From Deltaproteobacteria bacterium (GTDB lineage: Bacteria; Desulfobacterota; UBA8473), in the NCBI GenBank assembly GCA_003599365.1, contig QZJR01000016.1, positions 1 through 38,449 on the forward strand: DNA of 38,449 bases. The letters are read 5' to 3'. A model generated the notes under the pieces. The model did not search any database and had not been told where the DNA came from. It was given only the letters and a program-made list of their open reading frames with translations. The position numbers were made by a program, and so were the translations under genes. Shown in pieces: positions 26,331 through 35,086 of the stretch. Positions within the stretch are counted from its first letter, which is position 1; each line of letters opens with the position of its first letter.

Positions 26331-27896
26331 CTATTCCGGCTCGCCAAATATTTCCCTTTCTCTTTTCTTCAACTCGACCTTCTTGACCTTGCCACTCGTG
26401 GTCATGGGAAACTCCTTCAAGAATTCCAGACTTGTGGGATACTTATATTTGGCCACTTTACCCTCCAGATACTCGTGTATCTCCTCTAGAGTAATGGTTT
26501 CCCCTTCCTTCAATACAATAAAGGCCTTCCCGGTCTCGCCCCATTTTTTATCAGGCACACCGATAATCGCTGCATTGGCGATCTTGGGATGGTCAGCCAG
26601 AACCTTCTCTGTTTCAGCAGGATACACATTTTCACCCCCACTGCGATACATATCCTTGGCCCGATCTACGATATAAAAATAACCTTCCTCATCCGTATAA
26701 CCCAGGTCGCCGGTGTCAAGCACCTCGTTTACAAGCACCTTTGCAGTTTCCTCCGGCATATTCCAATAGCCGCTCATCCTGGTAGGTCCCTTGCATACAA
26801 TGCGGCCGACTTGACCTGGGGGAAGTTTGTTCCATTCATCGTCCGCTATCCAGACCTCGGTGCAGAATCCTGGCAACCCGATAGAGCCCTTCTTCCTTTC
26901 CACATCTTCTTTGGGCAGCATCATCATCGCCGAGTTTTCAGTCTGACCAAACCCCTGCTGCAAAAAAAGCCCCTTTTGCGCCAGTTCATCAAGCAAACCG
27001 AGGGGGGTTCTTTCCCCTCCTCCGAATGTAATTCGAACATTACTTGTGTCGACTTCATTGAGCCGTCCTGTCTGGAGTACAAACCTCCACATTGTAGTAA
27101 GAGAAAAGACGACAGTGGCTCTGTATCTTTCAATGTCTTCCGCATACTTTACCGGATCAAAGTCCTGCCTCAAAATCATTGTTGCGCCTCTCCAAAGAAC
27201 AGGCGTGGCAGTGACAAAAATACCTCCGGAATGAAACAGAGGCAACTGCGCCAGGATTATATCATCTGACCTCATGTCCATGTACATCATGATCTGAATG
27301 TTTTTAAAATAGGTCTGCAGGTGAGAGACAAGGGCTCCTTTAGGGGCTCCCATTGTCCCTGATGTATATATAATGGCCAGAGGATCATCCATATCAACAG
27401 GCTTATCAGGCTGTGGCTCATCAACAGGGTATTTCTCGATCACTTCATGGTAGTCCGCCGCCCATTCAGGACAGCTTAGAGCCTCTTCTTGAGCGCTTCT
27501 CTTTACAAAAATGAATTTATCCTTTTCAACCTTTATCCTGGAGCGAATGGAACCGGTCATCTCTGTAAACTTGTCATGAAACATAAAGACACTAGCGCTA
27601 CAGTTGTTAAGCTGATACTCTACCTCAGGCCCAACCATACGGAAATTCAGCGGGACAAAAATAAGCCCGAGCTTGGCAGCGGCAAAGTATATCTCAATAA
27701 ATTCCGGGCAGTTTAAGAGCATCACCGAAATTCTGTCACCCTTTTTGACCCCCATTTCTTTCAGAAGATTGGCAACACGGTTGGCGTTATCGTTAATCTC
27801 CTTATAAGTAACCGGTCTATCCTCATAAATCAAAGCCGGTTTGTTTGGTGTCAATAAGGCTCTTTTTGCAGCAATACGGCCTATGTCCCATTCCAT
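26331..27896 (-). CDS. AMP-forming acyl-CoA synthetase/ligase (ANL superfamily)
   Basis: 'IIYTSGTMGAPKG', 'GYWNMPEETAK', 'DTGDLGYTDEEGYFYIVDRAKD', 'SGKVKK'. Confidence 0.92.
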   Translation of the reverse strand: MEWDIGRIAAKRALLTPNKPALIYEDRPVTYKEINDNANRVANLLKEMGVKKGDRISVMLLNCPEFIEIYFAAAKLGLIFVPLNFRMVGPEVEYQLNNCSASVFMFHDKFTEMTGSIRSRIKVEKDKFIFVKRSAQEEALSCPEWAADYHEVIEKYPVDEPQPDKPVDMDDPLAIIYTSGTMGAPKGALVSHLQTYFKNIQIMMYMDMRSDDIILAQLPLFHSGGIFVTATPVLWRGATMILRQDFDPVKYAEDIERYRATVVFSLTTMWRFVLQTGRLNEVDTSNVRITFGGGERTPLGLLDELAQKGLFLQQGFGQTENSAMMMLPKEDVERKKGSIGLPGFCTEVWIADDEWNKLPPGQVGRIVCKGPTRMSGYWNMPEETAKVLVNEVLDTGDLGYTDEEGYFYIVDRAKDMYRSGGENVYPAETEKVLADHPKIANAAIIGVPDKKWGETGKAFIVLKEGETITLEEIHEYLEGKVAKYKYPTSLEFLKEFPMTTSGKVKKVELKKREREIFGEPE

Positions 27897-27940
27897 GATA
27901 AACTTCCTCCTTCTGTTGTTAAAAAGTGGCCGAGGATTTG

Positions 27941-27970
27941 AGTAGGGGCAGGGTTATCCCTGCCCCTACT
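27941..27970. repeat. GC-rich perfect hairpin (13-bp stem), member of a 'gggcaggg-N4-ccctgccc' repeat family
   Basis: 'agtaggggcaggg ttat ccctgcccctact', followed by the related 'gggcaaccacaagggattgcccctac'. Intergenic, between the PrpD-family stop and the ligase start. Confidence 0.6.
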
Positions 27971-28027
27971 GGGCAACCACAAGGGATTGCCCCTACCCCT
28001 TGCCCCCTTGAATCCCTTTATTTGTTC

Positions 28028-29401
28028 TTACTTCTTTGTTACAGTTTCCATAAGCTCTCTAACGTTCTTCACCCCCGCCAGGTTTGAAAGCATGTCTAAT
28101 GACTTCTCCACGCCATCCTTAGAAAGCACAGTGGAAGCACAGTCCTTGTATTTCTCATTAAACTCATCAGAGGTTAATGGCTTCTGAGGCAACCCTTTGG
28201 ATATGCTTACCTCATGGGAGTATTCCTTGCCATCCTTCAGCTTCACGGTAACCGAAGTTGCCCCCAATCCCTCTCGTTGTTGTCCCAAAGACGGCATAGG
28301 ATACTTCTCTACCCACTTCATGCGCTCTATCAGGCCCTTTATTGGAGGTTCATTTACCCCTTCATCAGTCAAATGTCTGAGCTTAACCTCACCGGAATGA
28401 AGGGCTCTGGCAACTGTATACTCCAGGCTGAACTTTCCCTCTAAACCTGTCTTGGGACGGTGATGAATAAGCACTTGGGGCAGAAAGGGACTGGTGCCCA
28501 ATTCCACTTCAGCTATATCATCTGATTGCAGCTCATACTCGTTCTTCAGGAAAATCGAGGCATCAATCCCACCGTGGGTCCCACCACAAGCGGGATAGGG
28601 CTTGATAGCAATCCCGCTAAAGTTGGGAGCGGTAATGTTTAAAGTCTTCCCCAGACCCTCGCTGGCTTTTGCCCAATCAACCTCTTCACCATGTCCGAAT
28701 ACCCTGGTAAAACCAAGCGGAGTTTCAATTATGTTCTCATCGGCGGTAAAGCCTGCCTGAGCCAGGAGAGCCGCCTGAATGCCGTTGGCCGCAGCCTGCC
28801 CGGCATGAAGGGGCTTGGTCATGGTGCCGAAATTCTGCCTTAACCCGCCGGCTAAAGAGGCGGCAATGCCCAAAGCCATTCTCACCTGATGCACATTGAG
28901 TTTCAACAGCCAGGCTACCGCCGCTGCCGCCCCCAAGGTGCCAAAATTGTCTGTGCTGTGCCACCCCCGTGTGTAGTGGCTCTCCATGAGCGGTCCGCAA
29001 AGACAGACAGCCACCTCAAAACCGATAACGTAAGCAGCTAAAATATCCTTCCCTGAAGCCCCTATGCTTTCCCCAATGGCTAAAACCGCCGGCGCCAGGG
29101 CTACCGATGGGTGTCCGAATCCGCCCATGTCGTCATAGTCCAGGGCGTGCCCCATCGTTCCGTTAGCCAGAGCCGCCAGGTACGGAGATGTTTTGATATT
29201 ACTGCCGATTATACTGGACTCAGCCACGCCTCCCATTTTTTTGGCATAGTCCCTCATTATCTTCCCAAGTGGCTCCAGTGAGCCTGGGAACGTCACCCCT
29301 ATACAATCGGTAATCCCCATCCGGGCAACCTTAAGAGCACCCTCTGGAATATCACCTACACCTGTTTCAGCCACAAAATGGGCCAACTTTTCTGTAATCA
29401 T
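28028..29401 (-). CDS. MmgE/PrpD-family protein (2-methylcitrate dehydratase superfamily)
   Basis: 'GITDCIGV', 'NGTMGHALDYDD', 'HPSVALAPAVLA', 'GWHSTDNFGTLGAAAA'. ATG at 29401 follows SD 'ggaggg'. An ATG at 29416 is the alternative start. Confidence 0.88.
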   Translation of the reverse strand: MITEKLAHFVAETGVGDIPEGALKVARMGITDCIGVTFPGSLEPLGKIMRDYAKKMGGVAESSIIGSNIKTSPYLAALANGTMGHALDYDDMGGFGHPSVALAPAVLAIGESIGASGKDILAAYVIGFEVAVCLCGPLMESHYTRGWHSTDNFGTLGAAAAVAWLLKLNVHQVRMALGIAASLAGGLRQNFGTMTKPLHAGQAAANGIQAALLAQAGFTADENIIETPLGFTRVFGHGEEVDWAKASEGLGKTLNITAPNFSGIAIKPYPACGGTHGGIDASIFLKNEYELQSDDIAEVELGTSPFLPQVLIHHRPKTGLEGKFSLEYTVARALHSGEVKLRHLTDEGVNEPPIKGLIERMKWVEKYPMPSLGQQREGLGATSVTVKLKDGKEYSHEVSISKGLPQKPLTSDEFNEKYKDCASTVLSKDGVEKSLDMLSNLAGVKNVRELMETVTKK

Positions 29402-29442
29402 CTTTTCACCCTCCATAAAGTAGAAGTATTGTTAAAAGCCGC

Positions 29443-30153
29443 TTATCTTCCAATCTTTTCAAGATACTCCTGGAGTATCTCACCATTTATCGTGATATGG
29501 TTTTCTACGAGAGACCTTACTAAATCGGCATCTTTCTCAATAAAGGCTTCAATAATCCTTTCATGGGCATCCATGAATATTTTCAGCGGATTGGGACGTA
29601 TCGTAATGAGAAACCAATTTTGAGGGATTACGTCCACCTTATCTCGAATCAATTCCACAAGGCCTATTACGCCACATTTCCTTACAAATACCCCATGGAA
29701 TCTTTCGTTTAACCTCAACCATCTTTCGTAATCGTTTTCCAGGACAGCGGTTTCCATTTGCAGTTGATACTCTTTGAGCTTCTCAATATCGGCAGTCTCC
29801 ATGTATTTTACAGCCTGTCCAGCCGCTGCTCCAGCCAGGACAGCAGTAATAAAATAAATATCTTCTATCTCTTTATGTTGAAGTTTGCGGACAGTGGCTC
29901 CTTTATTCGGGATTATCTCTACTATTTTTTCAAAGCTAAGCTTTCTGATAGCTTCCCTCAGAGGGGTGCGACTCACCTGCAACTCTTCGGCCAGAGTGGC
30001 CTCCACTAATCTTTCACCGGGCATGAGATAACCGTATTTTATAGCATGCTTCAAGGCGCTATATATCACCTTTTCTAAAGGTTCCCCATCTTTAACCTCA
30101 AGTTTAAGCTTCACTGGAGCAACTATAATTTCACCTGCCTTTTCCAAAACCAT
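29443..30153 (-). CDS. GntR-family transcriptional regulator with an FCD-type C-terminal domain
   Basis: wHTH 'PGERLVEATLAEELQVSRTPLREAIRKL' plus a helical effector domain. SD 'aaggagg'. Confidence 0.88.
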   Translation of the reverse strand: MVLEKAGEIIVAPVKLKLEVKDGEPLEKVIYSALKHAIKYGYLMPGERLVEATLAEELQVSRTPLREAIRKLSFEKIVEIIPNKGATVRKLQHKEIEDIYFITAVLAGAAAGQAVKYMETADIEKLKEYQLQMETAVLENDYERWLRLNERFHGVFVRKCGVIGLVELIRDKVDVIPQNWFLITIRPNPLKIFMDAHERIIEAFIEKDADLVRSLVENHITINGEILQEYLEKIGR

Positions 30154-30193
30154 TAAATCCCCTCCTTGGCCAATGTCTTATGAATCCCTGCAG

Positions 30194-30213
30194 GGGCAGG
30201 GATAACCCTGCCC
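30194..30213. repeat. Second copy of the GC-rich 'gggcaggg-N4-ccctgccc' hairpin
   Basis: 'gggcaggg ataa ccctgccc', then 'atgcccctact' (compare 27961-27970). Lies between the USP stop and the GntR start. Confidence 0.45.
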
Positions 30214-30219
30214 ATGCCC

Positions 30220-30681
30220 CTACTCCTTTCCCCTCACGGAAAGAACAGGACACGGTGATCTCCTTACAACCCTTTCAGCTACACTTCCCATAAGAATGTG
30301 GCTCACTCCTGATCTTCCATGGGTACCAATAACAATCAAATCAACTTTTCTTTCTTTCGCTACCCTGATGATTTCTTCGGCTGGAATACCTACTTCGATA
30401 AGTTGTCCTTCAAATAAGGTTTGATCTGTTTCTCCATTCACAATTTTCTGAATCTTTTCATTAATGTCGCGTTTCTTTCTTTCCAGGAATTCTCCTGGGG
30501 GATCATCTTCGCCTAAGAAGCCCCGAACGGTTTTTATTTCATTTAGCAGCTCTTGAGAAATCACATGTAAGAGACAGATTTTTGCTCCAAAGTGCCTGGC
30601 AAGAGCTACCCCATATTTCAATGCACGTATAGAAAAATCAGAAAAGTCTATAGGAACCAATATCTTCTTAATCTCTACCAT
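30220..30681 (-). CDS. Universal stress protein (UspA family)
   Basis: 'KILVPIDFSDFS' and 'DLIVIGTHGRSGVSHILMGSVAERVVRRSPCPVL'. Confidence 0.88.
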   Translation of the reverse strand: MVEIKKILVPIDFSDFSIRALKYGVALARHFGAKICLLHVISQELLNEIKTVRGFLGEDDPPGEFLERKKRDINEKIQKIVNGETDQTLFEGQLIEVGIPAEEIIRVAKERKVDLIVIGTHGRSGVSHILMGSVAERVVRRSPCPVLSVRGKE

Positions 30682-30782
30682 TTTAACACCTCCGTTTTAT
30701 TTTGGGTGATGACTACTTCTCTTCCTCTTTAATCACATTATTTCATACTGCCTAGATAATTTTCAACAATATTTTGCAATAT

Positions 30783-30794
30783 ATTGTATACAAT
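30783..30794. promoter_or_regulatory. 12-bp perfect palindrome 'attgtatacaat', candidate GntR-type operator
   Basis: Matches the generic GntR/FadR half-site logic (..GT-N-AC..). Lies ~100 nt upstream of the usp-gntR-prpD transcription unit in a 150-nt AT-rich intergenic region. Confidence 0.3.
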
Positions 30795-30831
30795 TTGGGT
30801 TAAACTACCCCCTTGCGATTTGCACCTTTAT

Positions 30832-32337
30832 CTACTGTATGATGTCCTCCTTTGCAGCATTTTCCCCGGCAATGCGTCCAAAGGCAATACATTCGGCGAG
30901 ATTGCTTCCTGCTGAGGGGTAAAGCATACCGTAGATGGAGCCGAATTCTCCGGCGGCGTATAAACGTGGGATTGGATCACCATTCACATTTAATACTTGG
31001 GCCCGGTGATTGCGCTTCGGCCCACCCTGGGTATTGGGGCCCCCTGGAAGGAGTTTTACGCCATAGAAAGGTGGTTTGATTAGGGGTACCAGGTCTTGCT
31101 GTTGGCGGTCGAACTCAGGATCACTTCCCTGGGCACAGTAGCGCTCATAGCCCCTCGCTGTTTGTTCAAGATTGTCGGGGTCCACCCCTATTTTATGAGC
31201 AAGCTCTCTTATGGAACCGGCCTGGATTATCCACCCGCGCTCTATCTCCTTGCTGTTGTCTCTGCTCCATCGGTATAGTCTTACCGGCCCGCTGGCACCT
31301 GTAATTTGTAATGCCAAAGGACCCGAATCCATTCGATTCTGGTCAAAAATCCAGAAGCATGGCACCCTGGGATAGATAAGACGCTGGCTATCAAAAAGTG
31401 TTAGTTCGTAGTACAGGGTATGGTATTTAAAGTTCTCGTTAGTGAACCTTTTACCGTTACGATCCACAAAGAAGAAGCCGCAGGGTTTCGATGGGGCTTT
31501 TCCCATCACCTTGTGCAATACAGAGTTGCAGCCGCGATGGTCAAAATCAAAAGCAATTGGGAAGTCCGGGAATTTACCAACCAGTCTGGCAGAACAGCAG
31601 TTCATATGCCATAGATCGGCGCCGAGTTCCATCACCATACGATGACCATCACCTGTATTAGCCGGTGAACCATAAAAGTGGGTGGGATAGACCTTGAGGT
31701 AATTCAGCTTCATCTCCTCGTTAAACTCAAAGCCGCCACAGGTCATTATCACTGCCCGGCGCGCCCGTATGTTCACTCTATGTCTGCGTTCTTCTTCGCC
31801 TGTTTCTACTCTGACCCCTACAACTTCTCCTTTCAGGCTGGTAATAAGTCTGATCGCAGGGCTATCGTACATTATTCTAATCTCACGATGGGTTACCTGC
31901 CTTTCAAGGAACTTCGCAAACCCTGTTCCAAATCCTGGATACCTACAGATGTCCATGCATTCAGCACCTTCAACTTGGTGCTCCCCGAAAGGGCCGATGA
32001 ACCTGGGTTTGCCTCCCAGATTTTCAATCCATTCCCTGTTTTGTGATGCATATTCAGCCCAGGCCTTTATCACGTCCGTATCCGTCCAACTGACACCACG
32101 TTCTATCTGGCAAAGGGATTGAAGATACTTGATTCCTTTTTCAACATTGTTTACATTGACAAATATGCCGCCGGACATCTTGGTGTTGGTGCAGTGGGTG
32201 TCTTCAGGCTGTTTTTCCAGGATGAGAACCACTGCCCCTTTATCGTGAGCGGTTATGGCAGCCACCGCTCCGGCGCCGCCGTAACCCACAATCACCACAT
32301 CAGCCTCTTTGTCCCAATCTTCCTTTTCAGTAAGCAT
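30832..32337 (-). CDS. FAD-dependent oxidoreductase (FAD_binding_2; 3-ketosteroid-dehydrogenase / fumarate-reductase flavoprotein-like)
   Basis: 'DVVIVGYGGAGAVAA' dinucleotide fold and C-terminal 'RLYAAGEFGSIYG..GSNLAECIAFGRIAG'. ATG at 32337 follows SD 'aaggag'. The track's GTG at 32439 is unsupported. Confidence 0.85.
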   Translation of the reverse strand: MLTEKEDWDKEADVVIVGYGGAGAVAAITAHDKGAVVLILEKQPEDTHCTNTKMSGGIFVNVNNVEKGIKYLQSLCQIERGVSWTDTDVIKAWAEYASQNREWIENLGGKPRFIGPFGEHQVEGAECMDICRYPGFGTGFAKFLERQVTHREIRIMYDSPAIRLITSLKGEVVGVRVETGEEERRHRVNIRARRAVIMTCGGFEFNEEMKLNYLKVYPTHFYGSPANTGDGHRMVMELGADLWHMNCCSARLVGKFPDFPIAFDFDHRGCNSVLHKVMGKAPSKPCGFFFVDRNGKRFTNENFKYHTLYYELTLFDSQRLIYPRVPCFWIFDQNRMDSGPLALQITGASGPVRLYRWSRDNSKEIERGWIIQAGSIRELAHKIGVDPDNLEQTARGYERYCAQGSDPEFDRQQQDLVPLIKPPFYGVKLLPGGPNTQGGPKRNHRAQVLNVNGDPIPRLYAAGEFGSIYGMLYPSAGSNLAECIAFGRIAGENAAKEDIIQ

Positions 32338-32486
32338 TGCATCTCCTTTTGCTGTAACCTCCAATCCTTTTGAGACTGATGGAAAAATCATCTTTCTCTC
32401 TTCCAAAATGTATCTTTTGCAAACTCCTAATTGGTTCACACTGAAAAATTCCCTTTTCCGCTCTCTGGTTCAGGTTTTTTGAGTAT

Positions 32487-34499
32487 CTATATACTTATGG
32501 CAAGTTCAGCCCCTTCTCTTATGGCCCACATAACATCCCTCGGCTCTACACAATCTCCGATTTCATAGACCTCCGGCACCAAGCCTTTCAATTTTGTGCT
32601 CAACTCTTTCTCCGGTTTAACACCCACAGCCAGTACCACTGAATCAGCCTCTAAAAATACAAGATCGTTATTGAAAACAACGTAAATCCCATCGGTCATT
32701 ATCTCTATAACCGGACAATTTTGGTAAAGATAAACCCCTTTCCTAATCAATCGATTACGCAACGTCAGGTAAGTGTTCCGCTCTATATCTCTACCGAGGG
32801 TCCTTCGGGTTACGAGGCTTACCTTTTTCCCTTCTCCTGCAAGCTGATCGGCAATCTCCATACCCAGGTACCGTCCACCGATTACGACTGCCCGGTTACC
32901 AGTCTTCACTTTACCTAGAATCACATCATTGGCTTGAACCACATTCTTATTATCTATACCCTTTATATCCAAAATGGCAGGGCTCGCCCCCGTTGCGATA
33001 ACTACTATGTTCGGCTTTTCGCGTTTAACCAGCCCAGGAGTTACTCTCGTTCCAAGGTGAACTTTTACACCGGCTTTATCCAAACCCCTTTTCAAATAGT
33101 AAAGCACCTTGGGATAATCGTGCCTTTTTTGTGTCTGCTGGGACGCCACGTACCACTGCCCTCCCAATTCTTTGTCCTGTTCGTAAAGTGTAACTCGATG
33201 GCCCCTTTCTTGAAGAGTCCGCGCCGCTTCCATGCCGGCAGGACCACCACCAACTACCATTATCTTTTTAGGCAATGAGGTAGGCACAATGACAAATTCT
33301 TTTTCCCGCATAAGGGTTGGGTTAACAGAGCAATGAAGTCCTTCTCTCAAGATATTGGGATGATCCTTGAAATTGAAGCAATTCAAACAATAAATACAAG
33401 CACGAATATCATCAAAACGCCCTTCTTTGGCCTTATTGGACCATTCCGGGTCTGCCAACAATGCCCTCCCTAACGCAACGAAATCCGCTTTACCTTGAGC
33501 CAATACTTCCTCGGCAAACGTAGGATCGACAATCTTTCCTACAGCAATCACCGGTACCTTGACCACCTTTTTTATTGCTTCCGCCAAATGTACCAGAGGT
33601 CCCTGCTGAAAAAGAAAACTGGGATATTGCCAATCGATAGATCCCTGTTCGCTGGCAGATACGTCCAGGGCATCGGCACCAGCTTCAACGAAAAGAGGCG
33701 CTTGTCGGGTAGAATCGTCTATATTGATACCTCCGGGCATAAAATCACTTCCGCTAAATCTAAAAATAACGGGAAAGTCCAAGCCCACTTTCTGTTTCAC
33801 GGCATCAATGATCTCGCAGGCAAAAAGGGCCCTCTTTTCTACGCTCCCTCCGTATTCATCGGTTCTTTGGTTGGCCAATGGAGAGAGGAACTGACTTATG
33901 AGATACCCGTGACCACCGTGGATCTCTACCGCATCAAACCCAGCATCCTTAACCCTTCTCGCTGCTTCCGCAAAAGCTTTGATAATACGCTTTATGTCCT
34001 CCCCGGTGGCTTCTTCAGGCGGAATGTTTCCCCGCACCCAGATGGAGAGATCCTGCTCTTCTTTCGCCCCGGGAATCTCCAACACCCTGAGCAGCCTGGG
34101 AATAGGTGATGGGCCGAGAATCCTTAATTCCTCTGGACGGTCCACCATGTGTTGATAATCGGTCAGTAACCTTCCGTGATGGACAAGTTGAAATGCTGCC
34201 TGACCGCCGTTTTTATGAATCGCATTCGCCACTCGCTGCAGACCGGGGATAAATTTGTCATCATAGATCGACGGTCGATGGGGAGCGCGGCTTTCTCTCA
34301 TAATAATGCTGGACTGACAAATAATAAACCCCACTCCACCTTTAGCCCGCTCAGCATAGTAGTTTACTGTCCGATCAGTGATTTCTCCTTCCGGACTATG
34401 GGCGACAGTACCCATGGGCGACATGACAATACGATTCTTTACCTCCATCTTACCGATATTCCCAGGTCGGAACAGATTTATCAATTTCGATCTATACAT
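32487..34499 (-). CDS. OYE-domain / Fe-S / FAD-NAD(P) three-domain oxidoreductase (2,4-dienoyl-CoA reductase FadH / BaiH-like)
   Basis: 'NRIVMSPMGT', 'HGGHGYLISQFLSPLANQRTDEYGGS', Cys cluster 'CIYCLNCF..HCSVNP', and a second Rossmann motif 'MVVGGGPAGMEAA'. Confidence 0.9.
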   Translation of the reverse strand: MYRSKLINLFRPGNIGKMEVKNRIVMSPMGTVAHSPEGEITDRTVNYYAERAKGGVGFIICQSSIIMRESRAPHRPSIYDDKFIPGLQRVANAIHKNGGQAAFQLVHHGRLLTDYQHMVDRPEELRILGPSPIPRLLRVLEIPGAKEEQDLSIWVRGNIPPEEATGEDIKRIIKAFAEAARRVKDAGFDAVEIHGGHGYLISQFLSPLANQRTDEYGGSVEKRALFACEIIDAVKQKVGLDFPVIFRFSGSDFMPGGINIDDSTRQAPLFVEAGADALDVSASEQGSIDWQYPSFLFQQGPLVHLAEAIKKVVKVPVIAVGKIVDPTFAEEVLAQGKADFVALGRALLADPEWSNKAKEGRFDDIRACIYCLNCFNFKDHPNILREGLHCSVNPTLMREKEFVIVPTSLPKKIMVVGGGPAGMEAARTLQERGHRVTLYEQDKELGGQWYVASQQTQKRHDYPKVLYYLKRGLDKAGVKVHLGTRVTPGLVKREKPNIVVIATGASPAILDIKGIDNKNVVQANDVILGKVKTGNRAVVIGGRYLGMEIADQLAGEGKKVSLVTRRTLGRDIERNTYLTLRNRLIRKGVYLYQNCPVIEIMTDGIYVVFNNDLVFLEADSVVLAVGVKPEKELSTKLKGLVPEVYEIGDCVEPRDVMWAIREGAELAISI

Positions 34500-34591
34500 C
34501 TTTACCCCCTTAGAAAGCCCCGCTGCTTACAACAGGGATGAAGATAATTTCCTATTTATATTTCGCTTTTCCCTTTTAACCCGTTCAGGGG

Positions 34592-34999
34592 TTACCCTGA
34601 TGTCCCAGCATCAAAATGACTTCTAACATAGTCCACTATATCTGAAATCTTTGTTCCGGGAGTGAATATCCCTTCTATTCCAATCCCTTTCAATGTGGGT
34701 ACAATTGGCGGGGGGATGATCCCGCCAACAATGATCTGAATATCCCGGATTGATCTCTCCTTGAGCAGCTCTACCAATCTCGGCACAAGAATTTCAGGAG
34801 CGCCATCCATAATTCGGTAGCCTATGAAGTCTACATCCTCCTGAACGGCAGATTTCACTATCTGAGGGGGAATCTGGAACCCCCCAAGTATTACCTCTAT
34901 ACCTGCCTCCCTCAACCCCTTTCCCACTACATAGTAACCGGTAGCATGCCCCGGACTGTCAGAAACCAGCAACACTCTGATCTTTTTATTAAGTTCCAA
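34592..34999 (-). CDS. Divergent stand-alone B12-binding-domain protein (small-subunit paralog lacking the Asp of DxHxxG)
   Basis: 'RVLLVSDSPGHATGYYV' aligns to '[13 protein letters not shown]', so His and Gly are kept and Asp becomes Pro. SxL is 'GYRIMDG', and the GG motif is 'IVGGIIPP'. TTG start with SD 'ggagg'. Confidence 0.8.
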   Translation of the reverse strand: MELNKKIRVLLVSDSPGHATGYYVVGKGLREAGIEVILGGFQIPPQIVKSAVQEDVDFIGYRIMDGAPEILVPRLVELLKERSIRDIQIIVGGIIPPPIVPTLKGIGIEGIFTPGTKISDIVDYVRSHFDAGTSG

Positions 35000-35015
35000 T
35001 CTCCACCTCCAAGTT

Positions 35016-35086
35016 TAGACTATAGACTATTAGCCTGTAGACTATTAGCCTACTTCAGCCTACAGCCTAAACACCTGAGTAGTTAC
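35016..35086. repeat. Tandem 'tagactattagcct' repeats ending in the 'cctgagtagttac' terminus shared with the MITE
   Basis: Copies lie at 35023-35036 and 35038-35051. The block is 24/28 identical to the reverse complement of hairpin 6227-6254. 'cctgagtagttac' occurs at 35074-35086 and also at 15368-15380. Confidence 0.55.
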
